Of a stretch of 32,000 nt of DNA, positions 11,663-23,437 are shown in pieces. This DNA is from Dickeya dadantii NCPPB 898. GTDB taxonomy: Bacteria; Pseudomonadota; Gammaproteobacteria; Enterobacterales; Enterobacteriaceae. The position numbers and the translations under genes were made by a program. The notes under the pieces are model-generated. The model worked only from the letters and a program-made list of their open reading frames with translations. It was not told the DNA's origin and made no database searches. How positions within the stretch are numbered: the stretch's first letter is position 1; each line of letters opens with the position of its first letter. Location of the stretch: contig NZ_CM001976.1 in NCBI RefSeq assembly GCF_000406145.1, positions 3,804,955-3,836,954 on the forward strand, given 5' to 3'.

Positions 11663-12484
11663 TTACATCAGCACCAGCCACACCACGGCCGCCACGATAA
11701 AGCGGTAAATGGCGAACGGCACGAAAGAGATGCGCTTAATCAACTGCAGGAAGGTTTTGATAGCGATCATCGCCACCACAAACGCGGTCACAAAACCGGT
11801 AGCGAACATCGGCAGGTCGGACAGCGACAGAAAATGCCAGCTTTTATACAGATCCAGCCCGCTTGCGCCCAGCATGATCGGCACGGCAAGAATAAAGGAG
11901 AACTCGGACGCCGCGTAGCGATTAACCCCAACCAACATCCCGCCGGAAATAGTCGCACCGGAACGCGAGAACCCCGGCCACAGCGCCAGACACTGAAAAC
12001 AGCCAATCAGGAACGCCTGAACATAGCTGATGTCATCCAGCCCTTCCGCCTTCGGCTTTTTGGGTTTGAACCACTCCGCCAGCAGCAACAGCACGCCCCC
12101 GGCCACCAGCGCGTAAGTGACGGTAACCGGATTGAACAGCGACTTGATGAAGTCATGCAACACCAGCCCCAACACCACGGCGGGGATCATCGCCAGCACA
12201 ATGTGCACCAGCGTCAGATGGCCTTTGCCGCGCCCTTCATGCTGCGGCGGCTGCCCGAAGTGAATGCCGATCAACCCGAACATTCGCCGCCAGAACACCA
12301 CCACCACCGCCAGGATCGACCCTAACTGGATGATGACTTCAAAGGTCTTGGCCGTGTCTCCCTCAAACCCCAGCCAGTGACCGACGATAATCATATGCCC
12401 GGTGGATGACACCGGCAGAAATTCGGTGAGTCCTTCCACCACCCCTAGAATGAACGCCACCAGCAACGAATGCAGATCCGCCAT
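11663..12484 (-). CDS. uppP: Undecaprenyl-diphosphate phosphatase UppP/BacA (273 aa)
   Basis: [36 protein letters not shown]...[13 protein letters not shown]... is collinear with E. coli BacA. GGGAG lies upstream of the ATG. Confidence 0.95.
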   Translation of the reverse strand: MADLHSLLVAFILGVVEGLTEFLPVSSTGHMIIVGHWLGFEGDTAKTFEVIIQLGSILAVVVVFWRRMFGLIGIHFGQPPQHEGRGKGHLTLVHIVLAMIPAVVLGLVLHDFIKSLFNPVTVTYALVAGGVLLLLAEWFKPKKPKAEGLDDISYVQAFLIGCFQCLALWPGFSRSGATISGGMLVGVNRYAASEFSFILAVPIMLGASGLDLYKSWHFLSLSDLPMFATGFVTAFVVAMIAIKTFLQLIKRISFVPFAIYRFIVAAVVWLVLM

Positions 12485-12510
12485 CGACCGTTAACTCCCT
12501 ACCTGCCACA

Positions 12511-12541
12511 TAAAAAAGCGGCCTTGCTGTCAGCAAGCCGC
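12511..12541 (-). terminator. Intrinsic terminator between folB and uppP
   Basis: The minus strand reads gcggcttgc-tgaca-gcaaggccgc (9 bp stem with a 1 nt bulge) followed by TTTTTTA. The T tract ends 27 nt before the uppP ATG. Confidence 0.6.
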
Positions 12542-12660
12542 AACGTATAAAGCACATCGAAGATGTCCCACGCTTTCAGGAACCAGCTTAAAATAGAGAT
12601 ATTATCTTTTGATTACCTTAAGAAGGGTCTGTGTTTGCGCCGAAATGATCGCCAACTGAT

Positions 12661-13023
12661 TTATGCCGACGGGCGGACGCCGCGTTCAATCACCACGCCC
12701 ACGCTGCGCGCCTGCGCCACCGCGCCGGGCTTGCTGACCTTCAGCCGCAGCCAGGGAATGCCGAAGCGCTGCATCAGCCTGGCCGCCACCTCTTCAGCCA
12801 CCCGCTCCACCAGCGCAAATCGCCCGCCGGCGACCAGTTCAATTACCGCCTCGCTGACATCGGCATAGCTCAGGCAATCCGCTACGTCGTCGCTGGCCGC
12901 CGCCGGGCGGTTATCCCAGGCCATTTCGATATCGAACATCAACTTCTGCTGGATGGTCTGTTCCCAGTCATAAACACCGATGGTGGTGATTACGCTCAGT
13001 TCTTCAATAAACACGATATCCAT
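12661..13023 (-). CDS. folB: Dihydroneopterin aldolase FolB (120 aa from the second Met)
   Basis: [39 protein letters not shown]...DCLSYADV...[12 protein letters not shown]...KPGAV matches E. coli FolB. The ORF extends one codon further, to 13026. Confidence 0.93.
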   Translation of the reverse strand: MDIVFIEELSVITTIGVYDWEQTIQQKLMFDIEMAWDNRPAAASDDVADCLSYADVSEAVIELVAGGRFALVERVAEEVAARLMQRFGIPWLRLKVSKPGAVAQARSVGVVIERGVRPSA

Positions 13024-13130
13024 CACGTCATCCCCTGTTTTTGCCGCCGCCGGATACCACTTCCGACAGAAAGTGCGTATTATCCACAGATGCTGAACTT
13101 AAAACGACCTTTATTGGACGGAAGCCGTTT

Positions 13131-13772
13131 ATGAGTGTTATCGCGCCCGGAATGATTATCATCGCGTATCTGTGTGGCTCGATCTCCAGTGCGATTCTGA
13201 TTTGTCGTCTCGCCGGTTTGCCCGATCCGCGCGAACACGGTTCCGGCAATCCCGGTGCCACCAATGTGCTTCGTATCGGCGGTAAAACCGCTGCCGCCGC
13301 CGTACTGGTTTTTGACGTTCTTAAAGGCATGCTGCCGGTATGGGGCGCTTATGCGCTGGGCAGTTCGCCGCTGTATCTCGGCCTGACTGCCATCGCCGCC
13401 TGTCTGGGCCATATTTACCCGATTTTTTTTCGCTTCCACGGCGGCAAAGGGGTCGCCACCGCGTTTGGCGCCATCGCGCCTATCGGCTGGGATCTGACCG
13501 GCCTGATGACCGGCACCTGGCTGCTGACCGTGCTGTTGAGCGGCTACTCCTCGCTGGGGGCGATTATCAGCGCGCTGATCGCGCCGTTCTACGTCTGGTG
13601 GTTCAAGCCTCAGTTCACCTTTCCGGTCGCTATGCTCTCCTGCCTGATCCTGATGCGGCATCACGATAATATCCAGCGGCTGTGGCGTGGTCAGGAAAGC
13701 AGGATCTGGAAAAAGCTGCGCCGTAAACGCCGTTCGGCGGACGATACGCCAGACAAACACGACGCTTCCTGA
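13131..13772 (+). CDS. plsY: Glycerol-3-phosphate acyltransferase PlsY (213 aa)
   Basis: [52 protein letters not shown]... matches the PlsY/YgiH family. The internal ATG at 13131 was chosen by alignment with the E. coli N-terminus. Confidence 0.93.
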   Translation: MSVIAPGMIIIAYLCGSISSAILICRLAGLPDPREHGSGNPGATNVLRIGGKTAAAAVLVFDVLKGMLPVWGAYALGSSPLYLGLTAIAACLGHIYPIFFRFHGGKGVATAFGAIAPIGWDLTGLMTGTWLLTVLLSGYSSLGAIISALIAPFYVWWFKPQFTFPVAMLSCLILMRHHDNIQRLWRGQESRIWKKLRRKRRSADDTPDKHDAS

Positions 13773-13776
13773 GCGT

Positions 13777-13805
13777 AAAAAAAAGCGGCCTCGACGAGCC
13801 GCTTT
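13777..13805. terminator. Bidirectional terminator between plsY and the MCP gene
   Basis: An A8 run is followed by aaagcggc (loop ctcgacga) gccgcttt, then g. Confidence 0.55.
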
Positions 13806-13848
13806 GTCTTGTACTCACACCAGTTCACCTGAACCGTTCACGTCACGA

Positions 13849-15435
13849 TCAGTAACGCCCCAGCGCCGCCAAAGCCTGTTGTTCCAGCCGGAACTGAGCC
13901 ATGCTGGCCGCCAGTTCGCGCGCCTGATCTTCCAGCGAGCGGGTCGCCGCCGCCGACTCTTCCACCAGCGATGCGTTCTGTTGCGCCACCGAATCCATCT
14001 GCGACACCGCCAGATTTACCTGCTCAATGCCATTGCTTTGTTCACGGGTCGCGGTGGAAATTTCACGCATCAGGGTGGTCACCTGCGACACCGACGACGC
14101 CACGTCACTCATGGTTTCCCCGGCGACGCGGGCGATTTCGGCGCCTTCGTCAACCTGCGTTTGCGAATCCTGCATCAGCACCTTGATTTCTCTGGCCGAC
14201 TGGGCGCTACGCTGCGCCAGACTACGCACCTCGCCCGCCACCACGGCGAAGCCGCGGCCCTGCTCGCCGGCACGCGCCGCTTCCACCGCTGCATTCAGCG
14301 CCAGGATATTGGTCTGGAAAGCGATACCGTCGATCATCGTCAGAATGTCGGCCACCCGCGCCGCCGTGGCGGAGATCATCTGCATTTTATCCAGCATCTG
14401 ATCAACCGCTTTGCTGCCTTTCGTGGCGGTATCGGATACCCGCTGCGCCAGCAGATAAGCTTGATCGGCGCTATCGGCGTTCAGCTTCACGGTGGAAGCC
14501 AGCTGTTCCATGCTGGCGGCGGTTTGTTCCAGCGACGCGGCGGACTCTTCGGTACGCTCCGCCAGATGGCTGTTGCCGGACGCCAGCTCGCTGGTGCCGA
14601 TATCAATCTGGCTGCCAGCGTCGCGCACGCGCCCTACCGCCACGGCGAGGGAGTGCTGCATGGATTTCATCGCCCGGATCAGTCGGCCGATTTCGTTGTT
14701 GCCGCCGTCTTCAATGGTGCGGGACAGATCGCCTTGCGCAATCACCTCAAGCTGCTGTACCGCGCCGTCCAGCGGGCGCAAAACCACCTGACGGATCGCC
14801 CACCATGCCAGCGTCGCCAACAATAGCGCCACAGCAAATACTATCCCCATCGTCCACAGACGGCCGTAAGCCAGTTCGTCCGCCTGCTGCAACATATTTT
14901 CTCCCACCTGCAGCGCAAAATCGCGGAAATCGGCGATGGCGGTATCCATACCGATGCTGAGCGCCGGCAGGGTATCCTGCATCAGGGCATAGTAGTCATC
15001 GAGATTGTCGTTATTCAATGCGGCAATCATCGGCGTCATTCCCTGACGGTCGTAGGCGTCATAGGCGACTTTGATGTGTTCGGCCAGCTCAGCGCCGCGT
15101 TTGGTCACGGTACCATACGCCAGAAACCGCGCCATCTCCCGGCGCGACACCTCGGCATAATTCGCCACGCGCCCCGCGGTTTCTTTCGCTTTGTCGATCA
15201 AACCGATTTCATACAGTCTGACCGCCTGCGCCGCAGCGGTACGGGCACGCAGCGTAGCGGTATAGCTTGACGACAGCGCGCTCAGTTCTTTCCCCTGAAT
15301 TTTATCGATAGACAGCAGCGAACGGTTTCCCTGACTGATGGCGCTGGTGCCAATCCCAACGACAATCGCCAGCAGCACCAGCATGATGCCTACCAGCGCC
15401 AGCAGGCCATGCTTGACCGTAATGTTCTTTAGCAT
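13849..15435 (-). CDS. Methyl-accepting chemotaxis protein (528 aa): four-helix-bundle periplasmic sensor, HAMP, conserved signalling hairpin
   Basis: It has two TM segments, a HAMP region and the highly conserved [51 protein letters not shown] core. The start at ATG 15435 has AAGGGAGAG upstream. The longer ORF to 15507 lacks support. The protein ends ...AALGRY, with no NWETF-type pentapeptide. Confidence 0.9.
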   Translation of the reverse strand: MLKNITVKHGLLALVGIMLVLLAIVVGIGTSAISQGNRSLLSIDKIQGKELSALSSSYTATLRARTAAAQAVRLYEIGLIDKAKETAGRVANYAEVSRREMARFLAYGTVTKRGAELAEHIKVAYDAYDRQGMTPMIAALNNDNLDDYYALMQDTLPALSIGMDTAIADFRDFALQVGENMLQQADELAYGRLWTMGIVFAVALLLATLAWWAIRQVVLRPLDGAVQQLEVIAQGDLSRTIEDGGNNEIGRLIRAMKSMQHSLAVAVGRVRDAGSQIDIGTSELASGNSHLAERTEESAASLEQTAASMEQLASTVKLNADSADQAYLLAQRVSDTATKGSKAVDQMLDKMQMISATAARVADILTMIDGIAFQTNILALNAAVEAARAGEQGRGFAVVAGEVRSLAQRSAQSAREIKVLMQDSQTQVDEGAEIARVAGETMSDVASSVSQVTTLMREISTATREQSNGIEQVNLAVSQMDSVAQQNASLVEESAAATRSLEDQARELAASMAQFRLEQQALAALGRY

Positions 15436-15558
15436 CCGTACTCTCCCTTGTGATTCAAAATAATAAAAACAGCCAATAGTAAGATGGCGCAGTCCAGTAC
15501 GACGCACCGTGCCGGCGCATCGCGGACCCCGCCGGGTGACACGATTCAGGATCCACGT

Positions 15559-15585
15559 TTATCGGAATCCTGCCGTTGTTCTTTA
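15559..15585 (-). promoter_or_regulatory. Sigma-28 (FliA) promoter for the MCP gene
   Basis: The minus strand reads TAAAGAAC-N11-TCCGATAA against the consensus TAAAGTTT-N11-GCCGATAA. The spacing is exact. It lies about 125 nt upstream of the ATG. Confidence 0.6.
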
Positions 15586-15747
15586 ATTAGATTAATTATT
15601 TAATTTCCATCGATTAGGCTTATGGTAATCCGGTATGGCAACCGGCAGACAGACACGATGCGCCCGGCCTAAAAAATCACGACTTTCGCCATCAGTTGGC
15701 TATAATGAGCGCCACTCCATTCTGGTTTGAAGAAGAAGGAAACCGAC

Positions 15748-16278
15748 ATGAGTTTGAATACGGTACCGGCGGGCAAAGACCTTCCGGAAGATATCTATGT
15801 AGTGATCGAAATCCCTGCCAACGCTGATCCGATCAAGTACGAAGTGGACAAAGAAACCGGCGCTCTGTTCGTAGACCGCTTCATGTCTACCGCCATGTTC
15901 TATCCGTGCAACTACGGCTACGTCAACAACACGCTGTCTCTGGACGGCGACCCGGTTGACGTTCTGGTGCCGACCCCGTATCCGCTGCAGCCGGGCTCCG
16001 TGATCCGCTGCCGTCCGGTTGGCGTACTGAAAATGACCGACGAATCCGGCGAAGACGCTAAAGTGGTGGCGGTACCGCACACCAAACTGAGCAAAGAGTA
16101 CGATCACATCAAAGACGTGAACGACCTGCCGGAGCTGCTGCGCGCCCAGATCGGCCATTTCTTCGAGCACTACAAAGACCTGGAAAAAGGCAAATGGGTG
16201 AAAGTGGACGGCTGGGCTGACGCCGCCGCCGCGAAAGCTGAAATCCTGACGTCTTTCGAACGCGCCAAAAATAAATAA
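15748..16278 (+). CDS. ppa: Inorganic pyrophosphatase Ppa (176 aa)
   Basis: [46 protein letters not shown]... is near-identical to E. coli Ppa. GAAGGA lies before the ATG at 15748. A TATAAT sits at 15701-15706. Confidence 0.97.
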   Translation: MSLNTVPAGKDLPEDIYVVIEIPANADPIKYEVDKETGALFVDRFMSTAMFYPCNYGYVNNTLSLDGDPVDVLVPTPYPLQPGSVIRCRPVGVLKMTDESGEDAKVVAVPHTKLSKEYDHIKDVNDLPELLRAQIGHFFEHYKDLEKGKWVKVDGWADAAAAKAEILTSFERAKNK

Positions 16279-16324
16279 GGCGACCTGCCGTTTGCAGCGA
16301 ATGCGAACCGGCAAGGCCAGCAAC

Positions 16325-16354
16325 AAAAACACCGCCGATGGCGGTGTTTTTTTT
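16325..16354. terminator. Bidirectional intrinsic terminator shared by ppa and ytfP
   Basis: aaaaacaccgcc-gatg-ggcggtgtttttttt, with an A run on one side and T8 on the other. Confidence 0.85.
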
Positions 16355-16358
16355 ACTG

Positions 16359-16700
16359 TTATTCCTGACGCTTCAACCAATCGCCGCTGGCGATGCGGCG
16401 TAGGCCGGTGACCGGGCGCTGATACAGGTAGATCCAGGCGCTACCGAAAGGCGTGGCGATAAGCTCACGTTGGTAGACGCCGTCTCCCCGCTTCAGTTCA
16501 TCCAATTCGGTCAGAATAGACGAACTGATGCGGTACACTTCGCAGTAAATCTCTCCGTCGCCTGCAACCGCCGCCGGGTAGTGTCCCAGATCGTACAGCT
16601 CATACCCTTCAAGCTGATAATCCCCTAACCACTGAGCGTTGGTCATCCAATGACTGTTTCCCTGTTTGCGCCGTAAACTGCCGTAGACAATAATTCGCAT
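16359..16700 (-). CDS. ytfP: Gamma-glutamylcyclotransferase-family protein YtfP (113 aa)
   Basis: MRIIVYGSLRRKQGNSHWM...GYELYDLGHYPAAV...EVY is the GGACT fold signature. It starts 2 nt after the tamB stop, as in the K-12 tamAB-ytfP operon. Confidence 0.85.
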   Translation of the reverse strand: MRIIVYGSLRRKQGNSHWMTNAQWLGDYQLEGYELYDLGHYPAAVAGDGEIYCEVYRISSSILTELDELKRGDGVYQRELIATPFGSAWIYLYQRPVTGLRRIASGDWLKRQE

Positions 16701-16702
16701 TG

Positions 16703-19700
16703 CTAAAACTCGAACTGATAGAGCACATCAAGCGCCTGATTCACACCAGACACCGCTTCCAGATATAGTTTCGGCATTAAACGGTAACGTAAAGTTAACG
16801 TTGCCAGTGAATCGAACAGGCCGACACCATACTTGACCTGCAGGCCCGGAAGGACGTAACCGCTGACAACAACTTGCGATTTGTCGCCAACCCCCTGTGT
16901 ATCCAGAGCTAAATTGCTTACGCCAAAGGCCTCGCCGATTTTACCCACAACTTGACCACTTTGTGCAACCCCCAAACCAATCAGAGCCGATGTCATCATC
17001 GAACTATCCGTTCCGCTGCTGTTCAGCCCCTGGCCGCGCAACAGGTAGGACAAGGCTTCTTCCTGCGATAAAGTCGGTTCGGAGAACACTTCCAGCTTAG
17101 GTGCGGTGGCCGTACCCGTTACGCGCACGCCGACCGTCACGCTGTCTGCGGTGTTGTCCGGGTTGCGGATCGCTTCAATATCCAGCATCGGCAACGTCGG
17201 CGGGCCGGAGAACAGCAACTGTCCCTTACGCACCTGCAGATCCTGACCATACGCCTTGAAACGTCCTTCCGGCATCGAAATCTGGCCGTTAAGACCCAGC
17301 CCTTGCGTGTCCTGCGTGACCTTCAAATCGCCGCGCAGCCGGGCGCGCAGGCCATAGGCGTCAAGCCAGACGTCATCGCCCACCCGCACGATCAGGTTGC
17401 TGGCAATCGGAATCGAACTGGCGGCGGTCGACATCGGACGTCGCCGTTCATCCAGAATGACCTCATCCGACGACACATCCACCGCGCTGGCCGGCATGTC
17501 ATGCACCACGATTCGCGCCCAGGGGATCGTCACCGTGCCGTTGAGCGTCAGCAACTGCGGCGTCGCCTCGAACACGATATCCGGCGACACATCCAGTCGC
17601 GCCATCGGCGGCACCGTCACCCGCATGCGGTCGCCGTTGACGGCAATGCGCGCCCGCCAGGCCTCAGGCACCGACCAGTCGGCGTTCCCCGCCAAATTAA
17701 TCTGCCCCTGCGTGGTGCGAAATACTCCCTGCAACGTCGACGACATACCGTTGAACAACAGCGCCAGCCGTCCGCTGGTCAAATCCACCGGCATCCAGTT
17801 GCCGTCCACGTCAAGATTATCCAGCGTCATCTGCCCGAATACCTGCGGGCGTTGCAAGTCGCCCCCCAGCCGCAAGTCGGCATTCACCACCCCGGCCGCC
17901 TTCTCGTTCTGGCGCAGAATCGGCCGCAGCAGATCGAGCGACAAGGCGTTTAACGTCACCGTACCGCTTAGGCTACGGCGTCGCTGCGGGTCGGCAATCT
18001 CTACGTCGCCCCGAAAACGGCCATTGCCCTGAATCCCCATCAGCCATGCCAGCCGCGCCTGTCCTCGCTGCAACCCGGCTTCCAGCGTCAGCGTATCAAA
18101 CGCCACCGGCAGCGTGCCGCCCTGCACCTGCTGACGCACGGTCACGCCGTTGCCGGCCAGCGTGACGTGGGCCTCCGGCAGACCGCCGTTCGCCTGCCAG
18201 CTAACCTGAGCGTTACCGGTAATCGTGCCGCTCACCGCCGTCTGCTGGCCGATAAAGGGTTTCAGCATCGCCAGATTAAACCGGTTCAGATTGACGCTCG
18301 CGTTACCGCTGGCTCCCGCCTCGATCGGCTGTGGTACGCACAGTTCAGCATCCGGGTTACGCCAGCAATGCGCCCCCACCGTGACCTTCTGCGCCGCCGC
18401 CTGATAAACCAACGACATCGCCGGCGCCAGCCGCCACTCGCCGACTGGGGTGTCAAACCGCGTATCGCTGAGTTCTCCCTGCCAGCGCTGCTGCCCCCGG
18501 TCGAAATGACCGCTCAACAACAGCTGACCGCCCACCGGTTCGCCGTTCATGGTCAAACGCAACTGGTGCTGGTTCTCGTCACCGGCTGCACGCACATTCA
18601 GGGACGCCAGACGCAGGCTGCCCTGCGTCAGTTGCTGTAGCTGCAATGTCAGCGTGCCGTGCACCTGCTTATCCGACTGCACATCGCCATTGAGTGTCAG
18701 TTTGCCAAGGCTCAGTTCCTGCCAGCGCAGCGCCGTGGCATTGATTTCCGTCTGCAACTGCGGCGCATCACGCTTGCCGCTCAGTCGCAATTTGCCTATC
18801 ACCTGCCCGCCCAGACCGGGCAGAATTCCGTTGAGCGCCGGCGCGTTGATATCGCCGTTCAGCCGCCACTGGTCGCTTAGCTCGCCCTGTAGCGTCAGTT
18901 GGTTACGCCCCAACGCCAGCGTAACCCCCGGAATCGACCACTGGCCGCTGGCGTTGCCGCTCAGCGCCCCTTTGACCATCACCTTGTTCTGCCTTACCTG
19001 CCCGTCCAGCGCCAGCTGCGGCACGTCCAGTTGCCACGCCTCGCCCGCCAGACTGCCGCGGGTGCTCAACGTCCCCTCCAGCCGCGCCGGCCATTCCGGC
19101 CATTGCTGCGCGGTATTGATACCCTTCAGAGTCAGGTTGCTGTTCCAGCTGATCGCATCGCGCCAGTCCAGTTGACCGGTTATGTCCGCCGTGCCCTGCA
19201 ACGCGGCCAGCCGCAGTCGCGTCAGCGCGAATTGCTGCTCGCTGCCGCTGCCCTCCAGCGTCAGCGTGCCGGGCGGTAACTCGCGGCCGCGAATATCGCC
19301 CCGTAAGGACAGCGAGTAATCGGTGGCTTTACCGCCGATGTTCAGTTGCACATCGTTGAACTGATACTGTGCCTCGCCGGTCAGCGGCCAACGCAGTTGC
19401 GGGCTGTGCAGGCTGACGTTCAGCGGCAGGCCCGGCTCGGCCAGCGCGGTCTGGATATCCAGTTGCGCCCGCTGCGGGCCTGACAGGTTCACCGCCAGCC
19501 GCAACTGCCGGCGCAGGCTGCCTTCGGCCGTCAGCCGCAGCCGTTCGCCTTTGAGCGGGTCGATGTTCACCATACCGTTAACGTTGAGCGTCACCGGCCA
19601 GTCGCCTGCAAGCCGGGCGTCGCCATGGGCGTACAACGCGCCCTGCGGCGACTGCAGCGTCAGTTGTTGCAGCGTCAACGTCTGCTGCCGGGTGACGGCC

Positions 19701-20458
19701 TGCAACTGAAAGCGGGAAATGGTCACCGGCTGGTCGCCCTGAATCTGCCAGGACTCGCCGCGTAAATCGGCGATGGTGATATCCAGCGGCAGCGTAAACT
19801 CAGGCATCGCCGGCAACAACGGTGCGGCAAACAGGGCGCGCAACGTTTCGCCCAGCGGTGGTGGTTTGCTGGCCGTAACTGGCGGCGTAGGCGGCGTTTT
19901 CGGTGCGGCAGGCAGCACCACGGTGAGGCCCGACACCTGCGTCGGCAGCAGCGTCAGCGACCGCCCCTGCCAGCTCAGGCCGGTTTGCAGCAGCGACAGC
20001 GACACATCGGTGCCATCGACAATAATACGGCTGTTGCTCAGGTTTAACCGACGCAACGCCAGCGCCACGGGCGCGCTGATTTCGGCCACCGGCGGCGCCT
20101 GCACCGCAGGCTCGGGTTCAGCCGGCGGCATGTCGCCGGTATTGATTGCCACCGTCAGGTTCTGCAACGACAGGTCGTCCAGACACAGTTGGCTGCGCCA
20201 CAGACAATCCGGCGCCAGCGCCAGATGCAGATTGTCCGTCTGCACGGTCACACCGGGCATTTGATAGCGTAGCGCTTTCAGCGTCAAATCCCGCCAGCCG
20301 CCCTCGACCTGCCCGATTTCCAGCCCCGGCACCCAGCGCACGGCGGCGCTGAGCAACAGCTGCAACCCCGGCGTCGTGGTCACCAGCAAAACCACCGCCA
20401 GCAACAACGCCAGCACGCCGGTCATCAGGCCAATTCCGGCTTTTTTCATCCTGCTCAT
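16703..20458 (-). CDS. tamB: Translocation and assembly module subunit TamB (1251 aa)
   Basis: The N-terminal anchor [11 protein letters not shown]...[20 protein letters not shown] and the C-terminal ...[55 protein letters not shown] match E. coli TamB. Its ATG overlaps the tamA TGA (ATGA). Confidence 0.95.
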   Translation of the reverse strand: MSRMKKAGIGLMTGVLALLLAVVLLVTTTPGLQLLLSAAVRWVPGLEIGQVEGGWRDLTLKALRYQMPGVTVQTDNLHLALAPDCLWRSQLCLDDLSLQNLTVAINTGDMPPAEPEPAVQAPPVAEISAPVALALRRLNLSNSRIIVDGTDVSLSLLQTGLSWQGRSLTLLPTQVSGLTVVLPAAPKTPPTPPVTASKPPPLGETLRALFAAPLLPAMPEFTLPLDITIADLRGESWQIQGDQPVTISRFQLQAVTRQQTLTLQQLTLQSPQGALYAHGDARLAGDWPVTLNVNGMVNIDPLKGERLRLTAEGSLRRQLRLAVNLSGPQRAQLDIQTALAEPGLPLNVSLHSPQLRWPLTGEAQYQFNDVQLNIGGKATDYSLSLRGDIRGRELPPGTLTLEGSGSEQQFALTRLRLAALQGTADITGQLDWRDAISWNSNLTLKGINTAQQWPEWPARLEGTLSTRGSLAGEAWQLDVPQLALDGQVRQNKVMVKGALSGNASGQWSIPGVTLALGRNQLTLQGELSDQWRLNGDINAPALNGILPGLGGQVIGKLRLSGKRDAPQLQTEINATALRWQELSLGKLTLNGDVQSDKQVHGTLTLQLQQLTQGSLRLASLNVRAAGDENQHQLRLTMNGEPVGGQLLLSGHFDRGQQRWQGELSDTRFDTPVGEWRLAPAMSLVYQAAAQKVTVGAHCWRNPDAELCVPQPIEAGASGNASVNLNRFNLAMLKPFIGQQTAVSGTITGNAQVSWQANGGLPEAHVTLAGNGVTVRQQVQGGTLPVAFDTLTLEAGLQRGQARLAWLMGIQGNGRFRGDVEIADPQRRRSLSGTVTLNALSLDLLRPILRQNEKAAGVVNADLRLGGDLQRPQVFGQMTLDNLDVDGNWMPVDLTSGRLALLFNGMSSTLQGVFRTTQGQINLAGNADWSVPEAWRARIAVNGDRMRVTVPPMARLDVSPDIVFEATPQLLTLNGTVTIPWARIVVHDMPASAVDVSSDEVILDERRRPMSTAASSIPIASNLIVRVGDDVWLDAYGLRARLRGDLKVTQDTQGLGLNGQISMPEGRFKAYGQDLQVRKGQLLFSGPPTLPMLDIEAIRNPDNTADSVTVGVRVTGTATAPKLEVFSEPTLSQEEALSYLLRGQGLNSSGTDSSMMTSALIGLGVAQSGQVVGKIGEAFGVSNLALDTQGVGDKSQVVVSGYVLPGLQVKYGVGLFDSLATLTLRYRLMPKLYLEAVSGVNQALDVLYQFEF

Positions 20459-22191
20459 AACTCCGGCCCCAGCCCGATATAAAACTGCAATCCGTGTTTG
20501 TCGTTATCCCCAATCGGCCGGGCGATATCCAGCTTGATCGGCCCTACCGGCGATGCCCAACGAATACCGATACCGGCGCCGGTTTTGAGGTTGGTACGCG
20601 CCAGATCGTTGACGGCCTCGCCGCTGTCCACAAACACCGCGCCCCACCATTTCCCGGTGACGTTGTACTGGTATTCCAGCGAACCGGTAGCCAGTTTTGA
20701 AGCCCCGGTGAGTTTGCCGTCGCTGTCGCGCGGAGAAACGGACTTGTATTTATAGCCGCGAATGCTGCGGTCACCGCCGGCGAAGAAACGCAACGACGGC
20801 GGTACGCGAGAGAAGCTGCCGGTTTCGATCCAGCCCAGATTGGCGCGCGCCACGAAGCGGTGTTTTTCCGCCAGCGATCGGATCCAGACGTTCTGGGCCT
20901 GAAACACCGCAAAATCGATATCCGAGCCCCACAGGGTATTGGAGACATCCACCGAATAGCGCTGGGTGTCGCCCCAGTCGGGCATCAGCCCGCCCCGCTG
21001 CCGGGTGCGGTTAAAACTGAGGCCGGGATAAATCAGCATGGTGGTGTTGGTGACGTTGGCCTGGGTAAAGTGATCCAGCGTCCAGTGCAGGTTGACCGCC
21101 CGTTGCCAGCCGCTGGACAGTTCCCAGTAACGCGCCAGGTTGAGCGACGTCGAGTCGGATTGGGTGTCGTTGAGGTCTTCGCGCTTGAAGCCGCCCTGCA
21201 CCAGATAGTATTGCTCCAGCGGGCTTTTCAGCAGCGGAATCTTGTAGCTCAGATCCAGTTGCTGCTCCGGCGCGGACAGACTCAGGCTGCTTTCCAGACT
21301 GTGGCCGTAAGCATTAACCCAGGGTCTTTTCCAGGTGGTTTTCAACCGCGGCCCGACATCGGTGGCGTAGCCGACCCCGGTTTCCACGCTGTTGCGGGTG
21401 CGCGGCGTCAGCACCGCATCCAGCGGCAGGACTTTACCCCGGCGACCCTGTTCAAAATCAGGCGCCACCACCACCGAATTAAACCAGCCGGTGGCGGACA
21501 GACGCCGGTTAAACTCCCCCAGCTGTTCCGCCGAGTAAACGTCGCCCTCCTGAAACGGCACCAGATTCCGCAGATATGCCGACTGGATCTGGGAACCGCG
21601 AAAGTTGACCTTGCCGAAGCGGTAACGCGTGCCGCTGTCGTAATCAATGTCCCACCAGGCCTGATGGGTGGACGGCATCACGCCCAGTTGGCTTTTATTA
21701 AAACGGCCGTCAAAGTACCCCTTTCGCATCGATAGGGTACTGAGCTGGCTTTTGAAATCATCGTAAGCACCGTGATTGAGAATACTGCCTTCAACGGGAC
21801 GGTGCTGTCTCACCAGTTTTTGATAATCTTCATCACTCTGCGCGCCGCCGCGGATGGCAATACTGGAGCCGGCGATTTTCACCGGTTCCCCCGGTTTGAC
21901 GGTCACCTTCAGCACCGGGCGGCCGCGCCCCTGCGCCGGAATAAACTCAAAGCGAATCTCCGGGTCGTAGTAACCCAGTGCGCGCAGCCCTTTGCGGATC
22001 GCTTCATCGACCCGGGCGCGGAAACGACCGTCGGCGTTGACTTCATCCGGCGTGATGGTGGAAAGGCGGGCACGTACATTTTTCTGCAGCTCGCCCTCCA
22101 GTCCGGTGAGTTGCAGGCGCACGTTTGATGCGGCAAGCGCCGGCGCCGCCATCAGCAGCAGACTTCCGAGTCCCAACGTGCGGCAGAGCAT
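20455..22191 (-). CDS. tamA: Translocation and assembly module outer-membrane subunit TamA (578 aa from ATG 22191)
   Basis: The signal peptide [21 protein letters not shown], the POTRA repeats and the Omp85 barrel ending ...[13 protein letters not shown] are collinear with E. coli TamA. An alternative GTG start at 22239, with GGGAAG upstream, cannot be excluded. Confidence 0.92.
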   Translation of the reverse strand: MLCRTLGLGSLLLMAAPALAASNVRLQLTGLEGELQKNVRARLSTITPDEVNADGRFRARVDEAIRKGLRALGYYDPEIRFEFIPAQGRGRPVLKVTVKPGEPVKIAGSSIAIRGGAQSDEDYQKLVRQHRPVEGSILNHGAYDDFKSQLSTLSMRKGYFDGRFNKSQLGVMPSTHQAWWDIDYDSGTRYRFGKVNFRGSQIQSAYLRNLVPFQEGDVYSAEQLGEFNRRLSATGWFNSVVVAPDFEQGRRGKVLPLDAVLTPRTRNSVETGVGYATDVGPRLKTTWKRPWVNAYGHSLESSLSLSAPEQQLDLSYKIPLLKSPLEQYYLVQGGFKREDLNDTQSDSTSLNLARYWELSSGWQRAVNLHWTLDHFTQANVTNTTMLIYPGLSFNRTRQRGGLMPDWGDTQRYSVDVSNTLWGSDIDFAVFQAQNVWIRSLAEKHRFVARANLGWIETGSFSRVPPSLRFFAGGDRSIRGYKYKSVSPRDSDGKLTGASKLATGSLEYQYNVTGKWWGAVFVDSGEAVNDLARTNLKTGAGIGIRWASPVGPIKLDIARPIGDNDKHGLQFYIGLGPEL

Positions 22192-22571
22192 GGCGCCACG
22201 ACGGCAAAATCTGTTTTTTGTCCTGATAAAAATGGTCACTTAACTTCCCGGCAGTGTCAGCAGAATCGACGTGTTTTCTGATTAACTACAGACAAGTATG
22301 CCTGTAACGGTGCTGTTAACTATTGTTGTTAACTATAGATAGTCGTCGTCATGCAGACAACGCTATCACCCTGAAAACCGCCATCGCTCATGACAGTATG
22401 GTCCGCCAGCGAACGGACGGTTTCTCTGCTGCCGGCACCTGTGGTTGTAAAACACGTTTCGGCATCAACACCCCTGTCATATTGCTATGCTATTTCGCCA
22501 TAAAGACAGAGCGCATTAACTCGGTTATGCTCTGAAAGTATGAAACACAGGGTGATAATCAGGAGCCAAAC

Positions 22572-23213
22572 GTGATAGCGAATTTCGATAAGACACAGCC
22601 GATCGGCCAGTCGGATGCCCTGCCGGGCCGCACCACCCCCATGCCGGTCGCCCGTCTGCACGTGGTGAATCAGCATTCCATGACCCATGTGCCGGACCAC
22701 ATGGAAGTGGCGATCTTCGCCATGGGTTGCTTCTGGGGCGTGGAACGTCTGTTCTGGCAACAGCCGGGGGTGTACAGCACCGCGTCCGGGTATTGCGGCG
22801 GTTATACGCCTAATCCCACTTACCGGGAAGTCTGCACCGGCAAGACCGGTCACGCGGAAGCCGTGCGCGTCGTGTTCGATCCGGCGGTGGTGAGCTACCC
22901 GCAGTTGCTGCAACTGTTTTGGGAAAATCACAACCCGGCGCAAGGCATGCGACAGGGCAATGACATCGGTACGCAGTACCGTTCCGCAATCTATACGTTA
23001 ACCACAGAGCAGGAAACCGCGGCGAAAGAGAGCTACCAGCGCTTCCAGCAGGCCATGCGCGATGCGGGCAATGACCACGACATCACCACGGAAATCCAGC
23101 CCGCCGGGCCGTTTTACTACGCCGAAGACGAGCACCAGCAATACCTGCACAAGAACCCGGACGGCTATTGTGGGCTGGGCGGCATCGGGGTGTGCCTGCC
23201 CCCGCAGGGTTAA
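22572..23213 (+). CDS. msrA: Peptide-methionine (S)-S-oxide reductase MsrA (213 aa), GTG start
   Basis: ...[58 protein letters not shown]... matches E. coli MsrA. AGGAG lies 7 nt before the GTG. Confidence 0.95.
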   Translation: MIANFDKTQPIGQSDALPGRTTPMPVARLHVVNQHSMTHVPDHMEVAIFAMGCFWGVERLFWQQPGVYSTASGYCGGYTPNPTYREVCTGKTGHAEAVRVVFDPAVVSYPQLLQLFWENHNPAQGMRQGNDIGTQYRSAIYTLTTEQETAAKESYQRFQQAMRDAGNDHDITTEIQPAGPFYYAEDEHQQYLHKNPDGYCGLGGIGVCLPPQG

Positions 23214-23414
23214 ACGCTCTGGCTACTTTATTTGCCGTTTTGGACCAGCGCGACGCCCGCTACCCTGGCGATTACGGGTACGCGTTGCGCTTGCCTGTAG
23301 GGACGGGCGGTTGGGCGGATGATTGTCCACCCAGCATGGGTCGTATGTTGTCTGTAGGCCGCCTGCGTCCAAACTGGCGACGATTTGACCGCGCCTGCTA
23401 TACTGGGCGACCAC

Positions 23415-23437
23415 GGGCCGGCTTCCGGCCCCTTTTG
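23415..23437 (+). terminator. GC hairpin followed by CTTTTG in the msrA-ytfL spacer (terminator or attenuator candidate)
   Basis: gggccgg-ctt-ccggccc followed by cttttg, 72 nt upstream of the ytfL ATG. The T tract is only 4 nt long. Confidence 0.4.

Noticed and set aside
13687-14826. 379 aa plus-strand ORF antisense to the MCP gene
   Set aside because: It is a shadow ORF of the highly conserved MCP signalling domain. It is Arg/His-rich with no start context.
15700-16380. 226 aa minus-strand ORF covering all of ppa on the opposite strand
   Set aside because: Ppa on the plus strand is near-identical to the E. coli enzyme. The antisense frame also runs through the ppa/ytfP bidirectional terminator.
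20455-20458. The ATGA overlap of tamA and tamB, and the 2 nt tamB-ytfP gap, considered as something unusual
   Set aside because: This is the expected translational coupling of the conserved tamA-tamB-ytfP operon, so it is not novel.
22545-22571. GATAAT at 22553-22558 as the msrA -10
   Set aside because: It is only 13 nt from the GTG start, so a transcript from it would begin inside the SD. The true promoter must be further upstream and I could not place it.
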